Shown: piece after piece, positions 12,900 through 28,416 of the stretch
How positions within the stretch are numbered: position 1 is the stretch's first letter
How the letters are laid out: every line of letters begins with the position of its first letter
Assembly (NCBI RefSeq): GCF_009914755.1
Contig: NC_060930.1
Direction: 5' to 3' (one strand)
Length of the DNA stretch: 64,000 bases
Source: the human T2T-CHM13v2.0 reference genome, Homo sapiens
Notes under the pieces: model-generated
The model's input: the letters and a program-made list of their open reading frames with translations, nothing else
What the model was told of the DNA's origin: nothing
Database searches by the model: none
Position numbers and translations under genes: made by a program

Positions 12900-14410
12900 G
12901 TGGAATGCCTGGGGATGAGGTCAGAGAGAATCCCAGGAGCAGATGGCGTGTGGCCTTGCAGCCCCAGTAAGGACTTTGGATTCTCCTTGGAGTGATAAGA
13001 AAAGCCATTGGAGTTTTCAGCAGGAACCTGTGATGTTGTGATTTATGTTTAAAGAAGATTCCTCTGGTTTCTCTGTGGACTATAGACTTTAGTGGTCAAG
13101 AGTAGATGCAGGGGGATCAATTAGGAGGTCTGGCAGTACTCCTAGTGAAAGAAAATAGTAGCTTGGACTATGGTCTTAGTGTCCGAGGCCTTGAGAAGTC
13201 ACTGGATTTGGGATATATTCCAAAGGAGGAGCGAATATGATTGATTTGATGATATTAGATACAGGATATCAAATAAATAAAGATAATGTGACTCCTTAAT
13301 GGAGCTTCTGTTCCTGAGTAGAAACTGGTATGAGATTACTATTGTTGCTGTAACAAATTGTCACAAACATAATGGCTTAAAACAATACATATTTATTATC
13401 TTATAGTTCTGAAGGCCAGAAGACCAAAATTAGTCTCACTGGGCAAAAGTCAAGGTATATATGCTGTGCTAGTTTCTTTGGAAGGTTCTAGGAGAGAATC
13501 AATTTTCTTCTTTTTCCAGGTCCTAGAAGCCACCTACAGTCCTTGGCACATGGCTTCTTCCTCTATCTTCAAAGTGCATCTTTCCACCTCCTGCTCCAGC
13601 CCCTGCTTCCAGCACCACATCACTTTTTAGGTCCCTCTGCTTCCATCGCCATGTCCCTTTCTGTGAGTGTGGCCCTGCTGCCTCCCTCTTATAAAGATTG
13701 TTGTGATTACATTGGGCTCACCTAAATAATCTAGGATAATTGCATCATCTCAAGATCTTTCACTTAATCTTCCAAGTCTTTTTGCCCTGTATGACAATGC
13801 ATTCACAGGTTACAGGAATTAGGAAGTGGGCATCTTTGAGGAGCCATCATTCAACCTACCAAAGAACCTAAAACCTAATAGGAACATAAATAAATAACTT
13901 AATTTCCAATAGTGACATTTTGAAAAACATTGAGCAGGGAAATAGAACGGAAGGGGAATGTTGGTGGTGTTGATGGTGGGGAGAAACAAGGGGGTGGCTA
14001 ATTTTGATAGAAAGGTTGAGAAACTCCCTCAGAATGATATTCAAGCAGAGATCCTATCAATAAGAAGTGTCAAATATCTGGATGAAGAATGTTCCAGGGA
14101 AGAACTAGCCAGGGTAAAAGGATCCTGAAGTGGAAACAAACTTCAGGTGTTTGAGACACCCAACAGGTTGGTGTGAGGTAGAGGACAGGAAGTAGACAAG
14201 GGTAGCAGTGAAGCTGGAGAGGCTTGCATGGGTCAGATCAGAGAAGGTAAGGGGATTGGAATTTAAGGATAATGCTGGAAGAAAAGCAGTGCTTGGATTA
14301 TAATAGGTAATCAATACAAAGTAGTTTATATTTGTAGGTTTTTAGTTCTTCTAAAGAATAATAGAAGCCATCAGAAGAGAGTGATATGACTGATATGATG
14401 TGGTTTGCAA
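12900..14410 (-). mobile_element. L2 remnants, interrupted by MLT1
   Basis: Purine-rich antisense L2 motifs such as 'aagccattggag...gatttatgtttaaagaagattcctctgg' and 'gaatgttccaggga'. Confidence 0.6.
13328..13862 (-). mobile_element. MaLR LTR (MLT1B/C/D-like)
   Basis: 'gctgtaacaaattgtcacaaacataatggcttaaaacaa...attcacaggttacaggaattagg...attcaacctacca'. Confidence 0.8.
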
Positions 14411-15005
14411 ATCCCTCTGAGCTGATGGGATATATTAGAGAAAAAAAAATAGGCTGCTGTATCAGTAAGAGTTTAGTAGGGAGACAGAAATGGCACCAAT
14501 TATTTGGACAGAGTTTAAAGAAGCCTAACAACACACAAAGAAGTCTTTTTTTATTACGCACATTTTCCATTTTTTGGCACTCTTCTTTGTGTAGATCCAA
14601 GTTTCCTCTGGGATCACTTTTCTTCACTCTGGAAACTTCCTTTTCTTGGTATGAAATATCCTTTAACTTTTTTTTTTATTATACTTTAAGTTCTGGGATA
14701 CACGTGCAGAACGTGCAGATTTGTTAGATAAGTATACACGTGCCATGGTGGTTTGCTGCACCCATCAACATTAGACTTTAGGGGTAAAGAGTAGATGCAG
14801 GGGGATCAAGTAGGAGATCTTGCAGTAATCCCAGTGAAAGAAAATAGTAGCTTGAACTATGGTCTTAGTGTCTGAGGCTACATTAGGTAGCCTTATCATC
14901 TACATTAGGTATTTTTCCTGATACTATCCCTCCCCCTAGTCCCCCACCCCCTGACAGGCCCCAGTGTGTGATGTTCCCCTCCCTGTGTCCATGTGTTCTC
15001 ATTGT

Positions 15006-18842
<3,837 letters not shown>

Positions 18843-18905
18843 TATGATGTTAGCTGGTTATTTTTCCCGTTAGTTTATGCAGTTTCTTTGTTGCATCCAT
18901 GGTCT

Positions 18906-19916
18906 TTACAATTTGGCATGTTTTTGCAGTGGCTGGTACTGGTTTTTCCTTTCTATGTTTAGTGCTTCATTCAGGAGCCCTTGTAAGGCAGGCCTGGTTA
19001 TGACAAAATCTCTCAGCATTTGCTTGTCTGTAAAGAATTTTATTTCTCCTTCGCTTATGAAGCTTAGTTTGGCTGGATATGAAATTCTGGGTTGAAAATT
19101 CTTTTCTTCAAAAATGTTGAATATTGGCCCCCGCTCTCTTCTGGCTTGCAGTTCTTCAGAGAGATCCACTGTTATTCTGATGGGCTTCCCTTTGTGGGTA
19201 ACCCGACTTTTCTCTCTGGCTGCCCTTAACATTTTTCCCTTCATTTCAACCTTGGTAAATCTGACAATTAAGTGTCTTGGGGTTGCTCTTCTGGAGGAGT
19301 ATCTTTGTGGTGTTCTCTGTATTTCCTGAATTTGAATGCTGGCCTGTCTTGCTAGGTTGAGGAAGTTCTCCTGGACAATATCTTGAAGAGTGTTTTCCAA
19401 CTTGGTTCCATTCTCCCCGTCACTTTTAGGTACACCAATCCAACGTAAATTTGGTCTTTTCACACAGTCCCATATTTCTTGGAGGATTTGTTCATTCCTT
19501 TTCATTCTTTTTTCTCTAATCTTGTCTTCATGCTTTATTTCATTAAGTTGATCTTCAATCTCTGATACCCTTTCTTCTGCTTGATTGATTCAGTTATTGA
19601 TACTTATGTATGCTTCATGAAGTTCTTGTGCTGTGTTTATCAGCTCCATCAGGTCATTTATGTTCTTCAAACTGGTTATTCTAGTTAGTGATTCCTCTAA
19701 CCTTTTTTCAATGTTCTTAGCTTCCTTGCACTGGGTTAGAACGTGCTCCTTTAGCTCCAAGGAGTTTGTTATTATTCTGAAGCCTACTTCTGCCAGTTCG
19801 TCAAACTCATTGTCTGTCCAGTTTTGTTCCCTTGCTGGCGAGGAGTTGTGATCCTTTGAAGAAGAGACATTCTGGTTTTTGGAATTTTCAGCCTTTCTGC
19901 ACTGGTTTTTCCTCAT
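18906..19916 (-). pseudogene. L1 ORF1p (coiled-coil/RRM RNA chaperone), frameshifted
   Basis: MRKNQCRKAENSKNQ... and ...RPNLRWIGVP...QPRISYPAKLSF...YQPLQKHAKL lie in separate fragments. Confidence 0.95.
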
Positions 19917-19922
19917 CTTCAT

Positions 19923-21265
19923 GGATTTATCTACCTTTGGTCTTTGATATTGGTTACCTTCAGATGGGGTTTCTGTTTGGATGTCCTTTTTGTTGATGTT
20001 GATGCTATTCCTTTCTGTTTGTTAGTTTTCCTTCTAACAGTCAGGCCTCTCTGCTGCAGGTCTGCTGGAGTTTGCTGGAGGTCCACTTCAGATCCTGTTT
20101 GCCTGGGCATCACCAGTGGAAGCTGCAGAACAGCAAAGATTGCTGCCTGTTCTTTCCTTTGGAAGCTTTGTCCCAGAGGGGCACCTGCCAGATGCCAGCC
20201 AGAACTCTCCTGTATGAGGTGTCTATCGGCCCCTATTGGGAGGTGTCTTCCAGTCAGGATACACAGGGGTAAGGGACCCACTTGAAAAGGCAGTCTGTCC
20301 CTTAGCAGAACCCGAGCGCTGAGCTGGGAGATCCACTGCTGTCTTCAGAGCCAGCAGGCAGGAAAGTTTGTCTGCTGAAGCTGCTCCCACAGCCACCCCT
20401 TCCCCCAGGTGCTCTGTCCCAGGGAGATGGGAGTTTTATCTATAAGCCCCTGACTGGGGCTGCTGCCTTTTTTTCAGAGATGCCCTGCCCAGAGACGAGG
20501 AATCTAGAGAGGCAGTCTGCCTACAGCGGCTTTGCCGAGCTGCAGTGGGCTCCACCCAGTTTGAAATTCCTGGTGGCTTTGTTTACAATGTGAGGGGAAA
20601 AATGTCTACTCAAGCCTCAGTAATGGTGGACACCCCTCCTCCCACCAAGCTTGAGTGTCCCAGGTCAACTTTAGACTGCTGTGCTGGCAGCCAGAATTTC
20701 AAGCCAGTGGATCTTAGCTTGCTGGGCTCCGTGGGGGTGGGACCTGCTGAGCTAGACCACTTGGCTCTCTGGCTTCACCCCCTTTCCAGGGGAGTGAATT
20801 GTTCTTTCTCGTTAGTGTTCCAGGCACCATTGGGGTATGAAAAAAAAAAAAACAACAGCAAATTACAGCTAGCTCAATGTCTGCCCAAATGGCCACCCAG
20901 TTTTGTGCTTGAAACCCAGGGCCCTGGTGGTGTAGGCACCCAAGGGAATCTCCTGGTTTGCAGGTTTCGAAGACCATGGGAAAAGCATAGTATCTGGGCC
21001 AGAATGCACCATTCCTCAAGGCACTGTCTCTCATGGCTTCCCTTGGCTAGGCGAGGGAGTTCCTTGACCTCTTGTGCTTCTTGGATGAGGTGATGCCCCA
21101 CCCTGCTTCAGCTCGCCTTCTGTGGGCTGCACCTGCTGTCTAACCAGTCCCAATGAGATGAGCCAGGTACCTTGGCTGGAAATGCAGAAATCACACACCT
21201 TCTGCGTTGATCTTGCTGGGAGCTGCAGACTGGAGCTGTTCCTATTCGGCCATCTTGCCAACCCC
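19923..21265 (-). promoter_or_regulatory. L1 5' UTR with internal sense and antisense promoters
   Basis: Intact YY1 site (caagatggccg on minus, 21247-21257); L1 5' UTRs are known bidirectional promoters; activity of this copy is unknown. Confidence 0.6.
20623..21093 (+). other. Open ORF0-homologous antisense reading frame in the L1 5' UTR (156 aa)
   Basis: MVDTPPPTKL..DCCAGS..GSVGVGPAE and GNLLVCRFRRPWEKHSIW resemble L1HS ORF0 (MAGAPPPASL..DCCASN..SVGVGPSE..LVVRRFLSRSEKRNIR); gtaATGG Kozak context; translation unproven. Confidence 0.5.
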
Positions 21266-21502
21266 ATCTCCTTTAACATTTTTGTAGCGTAGGTTCTGCT
21301 GGTGATAGCCTCTCAGTTTTTTTGTCTATGTTAAAAAAAGTCTTTATTCTCTTTGTATTTTTGAAAAATATTTTCACTAGATTTAGAGTTCTAGTCTGAC
21401 AGATTTTTCTTTCAGATCTTTGAAGATGCCATTCGTTTGTCTTCTGATTTGTATGATCTCTGACAAAAAGTCTGCTTAATTAATTATCTATTTATTTATT
21501 TT

Positions 21503-21790
21503 AGAGAAGAGGGTCTTGCTATGTAGCCCAGGCTGAAATGCCATTGACTATTCACAGGTGCAATACTACTGCTGATCAGCATGGGATTTTGACCTGCTCA
21601 TTTCCAACCTGGGCCAGTTCGTTCCTCCTTAGGCAACCTAGTAGTCTCCCATTGCCAGAAGGTCACCATACTGATGCTGAACTTAGTGCAGAAACCTGAT
21701 GGGCATAGTGCACAACAGCCCAGAACTCCTGGACTCAAGCAATCTCCTGCCTCATATTTGGGACTACATGCCTGCACTACCATGCCTGCC
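21503..21790 (-). pseudogene. Processed 7SL (SRP) RNA pseudogene, near full length including the S domain
   Basis: Matches reverse-complemented 7SL ('ctattcacagg...ctgatcagca...ttttgacctgctc...tccttaggcaacct...ggtcaccata...gaacttagtgc'); decayed A-tail (TATT)n at 21481-21502. Confidence 0.93.
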
Positions 21791-22089
21791 TCTGTTTCAA
21801 TTTTTATCTTTGTTCCATTGTATATAATGTATCTTTTTTCTTTGGCTGCTTTTAAACTGGTCTCTTTTTCATTGTTTTTCAGCAGTTTGATTGATGGGTT
21901 TGGTGTGGTTTTTCACAATTACTTCTTGATTGGGGTTTGTGCTTCTTGGTTCTGTGGATTTATAGTTTTCCTCAAATTTGGGTAAATTTCAGCCGTTCAT
22001 TTTTCAGATGTTTGTTCTGACTCTCCTTCTCTCTTTGGGGCTCCAATTATATATGCATTAGACAATGTGATATTTTATGGGTCACTGAG

Positions 22090-22231
22090 GCTTTGTTCTC
22101 TCTCTCTCAGCAGCAATCTCACCCTTCTCTAGCTTTTTCCCCATTTTCTTGCACACAGGTGTTTCTCCTAATAAAATCTTTGCACACTTAATCTCATTTT
22201 GGTGTCAGTTTCTTAAGGATCTGGAGTAACA
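22090..22231 (+). mobile_element. ERVL LTR 3' fragment (LTR40-like)
   Basis: 'aataaaatctttgcacacttaatctcattttggtgtcagtttctt...gtaaca'. Confidence 0.4.
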
Positions 22232-22974
22232 TGATTTCTGTTGACTAATTTTTTCTCCTGATACATTGTCTTTCTTTAGAGAGTGTTGGAGATTGTTTTG
22301 GCAAGCAGTTAAGTTACTTGCAGGTAAGCTTGATCCTTTCAAGGCTTCTTTTCAAACTTTATTAGGGTATAACTAGAGAAGCCTTTACTTTAGGGATAAT
22401 TTAGCCCTACTATTAAAGTTTGACATTTCTGGGTAGCTCCTGAATGCCACAGGTATCCAAATAGTTTTCTCCACTTAGACTGATTAGAACTTGAACAATT
22501 CCCCATCCAGAAAAAAATTCATTTTTTATAACGACAGCTCCCTGTCACTTGTTCTTTGCCTGGCCTCATGGAGTTTCACCCTATGCATGCCCAGAATAAT
22601 ATGACGCCAAAGACTAAAGGAGACTCTTATGCATATTTGTGGACTTCTTTCTCCATGTGGCTCTTTCCTGTCTGTACTCTGCTCTGCAAATTCCAGTTGC
22701 TTCAGGATCTCTAAGCATCTTTCTCTGTCTCCCCAACTCAGTGAGAGCACTGAACTCTGCTTGGGTTCTCTCCCTCTGTGTGCCATGAAGTGAAAATTAC
22801 TTACAGGCAGAAACCTGGGACACTTAGAGCGTCCCTTGTCTGCTAGTTGTCCAAAAAGTGATTCTCAAACAAATTACTCCTTCATTTAGTGCAAGTCCCA
22901 AATGAGAGAATTTAATACATAAAATTCCAAACTAGTTGTTACATTATAGGTAACTGGTAAAATGTATAGAATAT

Positions 22975-24597
22975 AAAAATCAACTTAAAGTGGATTATAG
23001 ACCTAAACGTAAGAGTTAAAACCGTAAAACTCTTGGAAGAAAACATAGGAGTGAGTTTTCATGATTTGGGGATTAGGCAATGATTTCTTAGATATTACAC
23101 CAAAAGCATGAACAATGCAAGAAAAAAGTAGATACATTGGACTTTATCAAAATCAGAAATCTTCCCATCAGTGGATGAATCAATAAACCAAACTTGGTAT
23201 ATACATATGATACAGTATTGTTCAGTCTTAGGAATAGAGTTGTGAGAACACATATCACCACATGAGTGAACCTTGAGGACATTATGCCACATGAAGTAAT
23301 CCAGTCACAAAAGGACAAATACTGTATGATTCTACTCATATGAGGTACTTACTGTAGTTAAATTCATAGAGACAGAAGTAAAATGGTAGTTGCCAGGGAC
23401 TGGCAAGAGTGGAAATTAAGAAGTTATTTAATGGGTATATAAGTTTAAATTTTGGAAGATGATAAAATTTCTGGAGATGGGTGATTGCACAGCAATGTGA
23501 ATGTACTTAATGCCGTTGAACTATATGCTTTAAAATAGTTAAAGTGGTAAATTTCATATTGTGTACATTTAGTCACAATTTATAAGTAAGTAAATACATA
23601 AATTAAAAATTTTAAAACTTTTGTGTTTCAAACAACACCATAAAGAAAGTGAAAAGATACTCCCTGGAACTGGAGAAAATATTCGCAAATCATATATCTG
23701 ACAAAAGACTTTTATCAAGAATACAAAAGGAACATCCACAACCCCATCAGAAGATAACCTAATTGAAAAAGGGATAAAAGATTTGAAGAGGTGTTTCTCC
23801 AAAGAAGATATATACATGGTCAATAAGCACATGAAAAAGGTGCACGACATCATTAGTTCTTAGAGAAATGCAAATCAAAACCACAGTGGAATACCACTTC
23901 AGACCACGAGGATGGCTATCATCAAAAAGATATACAATGCAAGTGCTGGCGAGGATGTGGAAAAATGGAAACCCTCATGCACTGTTGGTGAGGTTGTAAA
24001 ATGGTGCAGCCACATTGGAAAACAGTTTGAAAGTTCCTTAAAATGTTAGACAGTTATTATGTGACCTACCAATTCTACTCCTGGGATTTCTACTCCAAAG
24101 AGAGAAAAACACATGTCTACACAAAAACTCATAAACAAATGTATACTTAATGTATAGCCACATTATATATAGCAGCCCACAAAGGGAAATAAACAAAGGG
24201 TCTATCAACTGATGGAAATATAAACAAAATGTGGTATATTCATACAATAGAATAGAATTTGGGCTTAAAATGAAGAAATTATTGATACATGATTGAAAGC
24301 ATTAAGCAATGAGAAAGAAGCCAGACAAAAAAGACTCCCTGTTATATGGTTCCATTATACAGAGTTTTCGCAATAAGAAATCTATAGAAAGAGAAAGTAG
24401 ATTAGTGATTGTTTGGGGCTTGGGGAGGAGAAATGAGGAGTAACTGCTAATGAATATGAAGCTTCTTTTTGGGGTGATGAGAATGTTTTAAACTTAGATT
24501 ATGGTGATGCTTGCACAACTCTAAATATACTAAAAATCACTGAATCATGCACTTAGGTAAATTTTATGATATATAAATTGTGTCTCAACAAAGCTGT
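22975..24597 (+). mobile_element. L1MB7/8-like ORF2 end plus 3' UTR
   Basis: 'aaatgcaaatcaaaaccacagtggaataccac...' and 3' UTR 'ttttggggtgatgagaatgttttaaacttagattatggtgatg...caacaaagctgt'. Confidence 0.8.
23164..23600 (+). mobile_element. Nested younger L1MB (L1MB1-3-like) 3' end
   Basis: A second 3' UTR ('gaaccttgaggacattatg...ccagtcacaaaaggacaaatactgtatg') interrupts host ORF2 sequence, which resumes at ~23605. Confidence 0.75.
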
Positions 24598-24959
24598 GGG
24601 GTTTTATTTTTGTTTTTATTTTAGAAAAAAGGGGAGTTCATAAAGGCAGAGATTTTGGTCTGTCTGATGTATCCTCGGTGCTCAGAATAGTGCCTGTCAG
24701 AGTCATGCTGGGTGGAGTGACTGCTGTTTAGAACAGGGTCTGTGTAAAAATTTAAAAAATTTTGTGTTTCCTGAAACCCCTACTATGGGTTTATAAAATA
24801 TAATATTAATGTTTGTTTACAAAACTGAAGGGGAAAGTGGATTTAGAGAAGCCCAAGCTCATTCAGCCTGAAGTCAGGGAAGCTGGTGCCCAAGTCAGAA
24901 TACCCAGTTTTCTTATTTCCAGGATTTTGTTGTTTAATTAGTGCCATATAATGTGACGG

Positions 24960-25180
24960 ACAGGTCCTTGATTTCTGCCATCTCACTGACTTCAAATCTG
25001 GGCTCAACCTCCCTTTAACTGGTGATCTTGGCCAATTCACTTAGTTTCCATGCCTTAGTTTCCTCATCAGCAAAATGAATTAATAAAAAGGTGTTTTCCT
25101 CATCAAGTTGTGAGGATTGGATAGGATAATAAGATAGGACTTATCCTTGGTACATCATAAATGCTTGATAAATAATAGTC
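24960..25180 (+). mobile_element. MIR
   Basis: 'ttcaaatctgggctc...gccttagtttcctcatcagcaaaatg...gttgtgaggatt'. Confidence 0.65.
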
Positions 25181-26604
25181 ATTATCTTAATACAAAAAAT
25201 AACCAAAAGAAACGGCAATTTGCATTCTCTCTGCCTGCTGCACAAGACACTGGAATAGGAGCTTTTCTTCCATACACGCTCTGAGGCAGTTATTTTAACT
25301 ACTATTTTTTCCAGGTAACTGAGTCTCAGACATGCTATTTGAAAGTCAGCCAAGGTCACGTGAGTAGTAACTACTCTTCAGTGTGATAATAAATCAGCTA
25401 GGAGAGCCCTGCCATCTTACCAGCATTTAAGCTTTCAGCCGCTAGAATCCCCTTATCTCTCAGTAGCTGTTTTGTGCTCAATCTGACTTATTGGTTTCAA
25501 CTGCTTTGAAGTTACATATTAAAAAAATAGCACAATGCTTCCTGGGTAACAATTGGTTTAGTCTATATGGCTGCAACCCAATACTCTTTGGATTTAACAA
25601 AATAAATGGATGTTTCAACCACGACTTCCTTCAAGATCTGATTTGTTTTTTAAGAAATCCCATTTTGGGACTGACTCCTCTGTCTGATTCTGGAATATCA
25701 TTATAGTGTGAGGCGGAATGAGCTCTTGCTTATAACTAAGGTTGTACGCCTCCACGTGAGCAGAATATCTTCCTTTTTATTGTATCTCTCCTCTAACACA
25801 GTGCAGGTTTGCACCTTCCATGGCTGTTTAAATTGGCACCAGATTCACTGGTTTCTCTTCAGATTGAATAAATCTTTCGCCTTTTAAATTGGCACAAGAG
25901 ATTCTTAAGTCAGGCTGATCTTCGACATTTTTAAAGCTTTTATTAACTTTTTTTTTTGCTTTGCTTTTTAATAATAAAACAATTATGTTGGGAAAGTTGT
26001 AATTATAAATCTTTAAAGTACGATGTAGCTTGTGTTTCCTCCTGTCCTCTTACATTGTAAATCACATTATGTCCTATTTTTTCTTGGAATTCTGTAATTA
26101 TTTCTTTACATTTCATATTTCTTTCTTGTATCACATATCACAAACAATGTTTTTCTTGAAAATCAGAAGAAAACTAAAACAGCTTTTCATCAAAGAAAAA
26201 TCATTATTTATTTAACTTTGGATTTTAATTTTAATTACTTAAAATTGTGATTTTTGTGAGCTAAAATAAAAAAGTACATAGATATAAAATGATCTAAGTA
26301 CATAATGATTAAAATTAAGGTAATCAGACTACTTCTCAAGCCCCCTTCTGCCTAAAAGAATTAGATAAACAAAAATGTTTTTTAACTTTGTGTTTTACCC
26401 AGTTCTCTTTTTCACTAGTGTCTTGAAGTTCTTCTGGGGGCAATGAGATGGCAGCTATACAGCGAGTCTGAAAAGAACATCCACATTCCTAATCCCTAGG
26501 AATATGATTATTGGAAAATAGATATAATTATACAAATGAAACAGAACTTCCTTGTTCTCAACAGTGTCTGGTACCTAATAAGCATGTTACAAATGTTAGC
26601 TGTG

Positions 26605-26708
26605 ATCATTACCAACACCACCATCACCACCATCACCATTATCACCACCACCACCACCACCACCGCCATTATCATCATCACAGCCACCATCATCATCGCC
26701 ATCATCGT
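26605..26708. repeat. Imperfect (CAC/CAT)n trinucleotide repeat
   Basis: Read directly; produces spurious poly-His, poly-Thr and poly-Val ORFs. Confidence 0.93.
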
Positions 26709-27384
26709 GATGTTTCCAAAATCTTGGTGCCCTAAATGAGTGTTGCAGCTTTTGGTTAAAAGAGTAGGCCCCCATACTAAAGGTGTTTTATTAATATGTT
26801 CAGTCTATTGACTGAGAAGAAAAAATATCTATCAGTAAGAAATAAACCATGCGCACAGTGAAATAGTGTGACCTAAGAACTTAAATTTTTCTCTTTTTAA
26901 AATGAAGTGCTTAGATTGATCGAAATGGAAAATCTATGTAAATGAAGATCTGAATCGTACAAATCCTTTGCAAATTTTGCTGACGTTATCTTTATGGACA
27001 GGAAGGAAAATGCATGTTAGCTGATACTATAGTTGGTGAATTTGACTCCAGCAGTATGTTTTGAGGTTTTGCCCTGTACAAACTTTTTCTCAATCTTTGA
27101 ATGAAGAAAGCTTTAATAAAAATAGTTACAAAATGTACAGATAAAATGAAGTCAAGAAGGATAGTCAACATGTTAGATGAGAGAAATTAGATATTAAGGA
27201 TCAGAAGACTTCGACTCGACTATTGGGATGAAATTAACAAACTAGTGTTTAAAGGAGATAAATATTATATTTTACATTTGAGTCCAAACTTTAAAATGTA
27301 CAAGCATAAGCACACACAAACAAATACTTTTTGGTTTCAGACTGAGGCACACCAGACTTGATTACAGATTTTGATAAAAAGTAG

Positions 27385-28390
27385 GTGGAAATTATTCCAG
27401 AAAACAGTTTGGAAGTGTCTTTCAAAATTAAACATGCAACTACCATATAACCCAGTAATTGCACATCTGAGCATTTGTCCTAGAAAAATGAAGACTTCTG
27501 TTCACACAGACACCCACACACAAATTTTTATGGCAGTTCTATTACTCAAAGCCGAAAACTGGAAACAAGCTGTCATTCAATAGGTGAATGGTTAAACAAA
27601 CTGTGCTATATCCATTAGGTGGATTACTACTCAGCAATAAAAAGAAATAAAACTATTGATACACGTAACTTGAATGAATCTCTAGAGAATTATGCTGAGA
27701 GAAAAAAGTCAATCACAAAGGTTACCATGATGTGATTCCATTTATACAACATTCTTGAAATTATAAAATTATGGAAATGGAGAACAGATTTGTGGGGGGA
27801 AGGTATGGGTGGGAAGGAAATGGGTATAGCTATAAAAGAGCAGCATGAGTGTCTTAGTCCATTTTCTGCTGTTATAACAGAATACCACAGACTGAGTAAT
27901 TTAGAAAGAAAAAAAATTGATTCATAGCTCTACAGGCTGGGAAGTCCAAGAGCATGGTACCAGCATCTGGCAAGGGTCATCTCATAACAGAAAGTGTAAG
28001 ATGAAAGTAAGCACATGAGAAAGAGAAGATATTGGGCCAAGCTCATTCTTTTTATCACAAATCCACTCCCATGGTAATTAATGCACTCCAGCAAAAACAA
28101 CATTCATCCATACACGAGGGCAGAGCCCTAGTGGCCTAATTACCTCTTAAAGGTCTGACTTCTTAATATTGTTACATTATCAATTAAATTTCAAACCATA
28201 GCAATAAGGGATCCTTGTGAAGAAAATATCTTGTTTCTTGACTCTATCAATGCCAATATCCTAACTGTGATGTTATACTATAGTTTTGCAAGATAAGCCA
28301 CTGGGGAAAATTAGATAATGGCTGCACAGGATCTCTCTGTATTATTTCCTACTGCATGCAAATCTATAATTATCTCACAATATAAAGTTG
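27385..28390 (+). mobile_element. L1MC1/2-like 3' end split by an MST LTR
   Basis: 'ctaccatataacccagtaattgcac...' and 3' UTR 'ctatagttttgcaagat...ggatctctctgtattattt...ctataattatctc'. Confidence 0.8.
27850..28203 (-). mobile_element. MaLR LTR (MSTC/D-like)
   Basis: TG...CA termini (tgtcttagtcc...aaaccatagca); 5-bp TSD atgag/ataag. Confidence 0.85.
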
Positions 28391-28394
28391 AATT

Positions 28395-28416
28395 CACACA
28401 CACACACACACACACA
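28395..28416. repeat. (CA)n microsatellite
   Basis: Read directly. Confidence 0.9.

Larger units (their letters stand above)
21278..22830 (-). mobile_element. Ancient L1M 5'/ORF1 region, host of the L1PA7 and 7SL insertions (also continues at ~14555-14655)
   Basis: 'gtaggttctgctggtgatagcctctcagtttt...tttttgaaaaatattttcactag' joins seamlessly across the L1PA7 TSD. Confidence 0.65.

Noticed and set aside
22315-22330. CAG|GTAAGC as a recursive splice site
   Set aside because: No real polypyrimidine tract, and it lies inside an old L1M.
26508-26739. Poly-His metal-binding-like or poly-Thr small protein
   Set aside because: All frames derive from a (CAC/CAT)n simple repeat.
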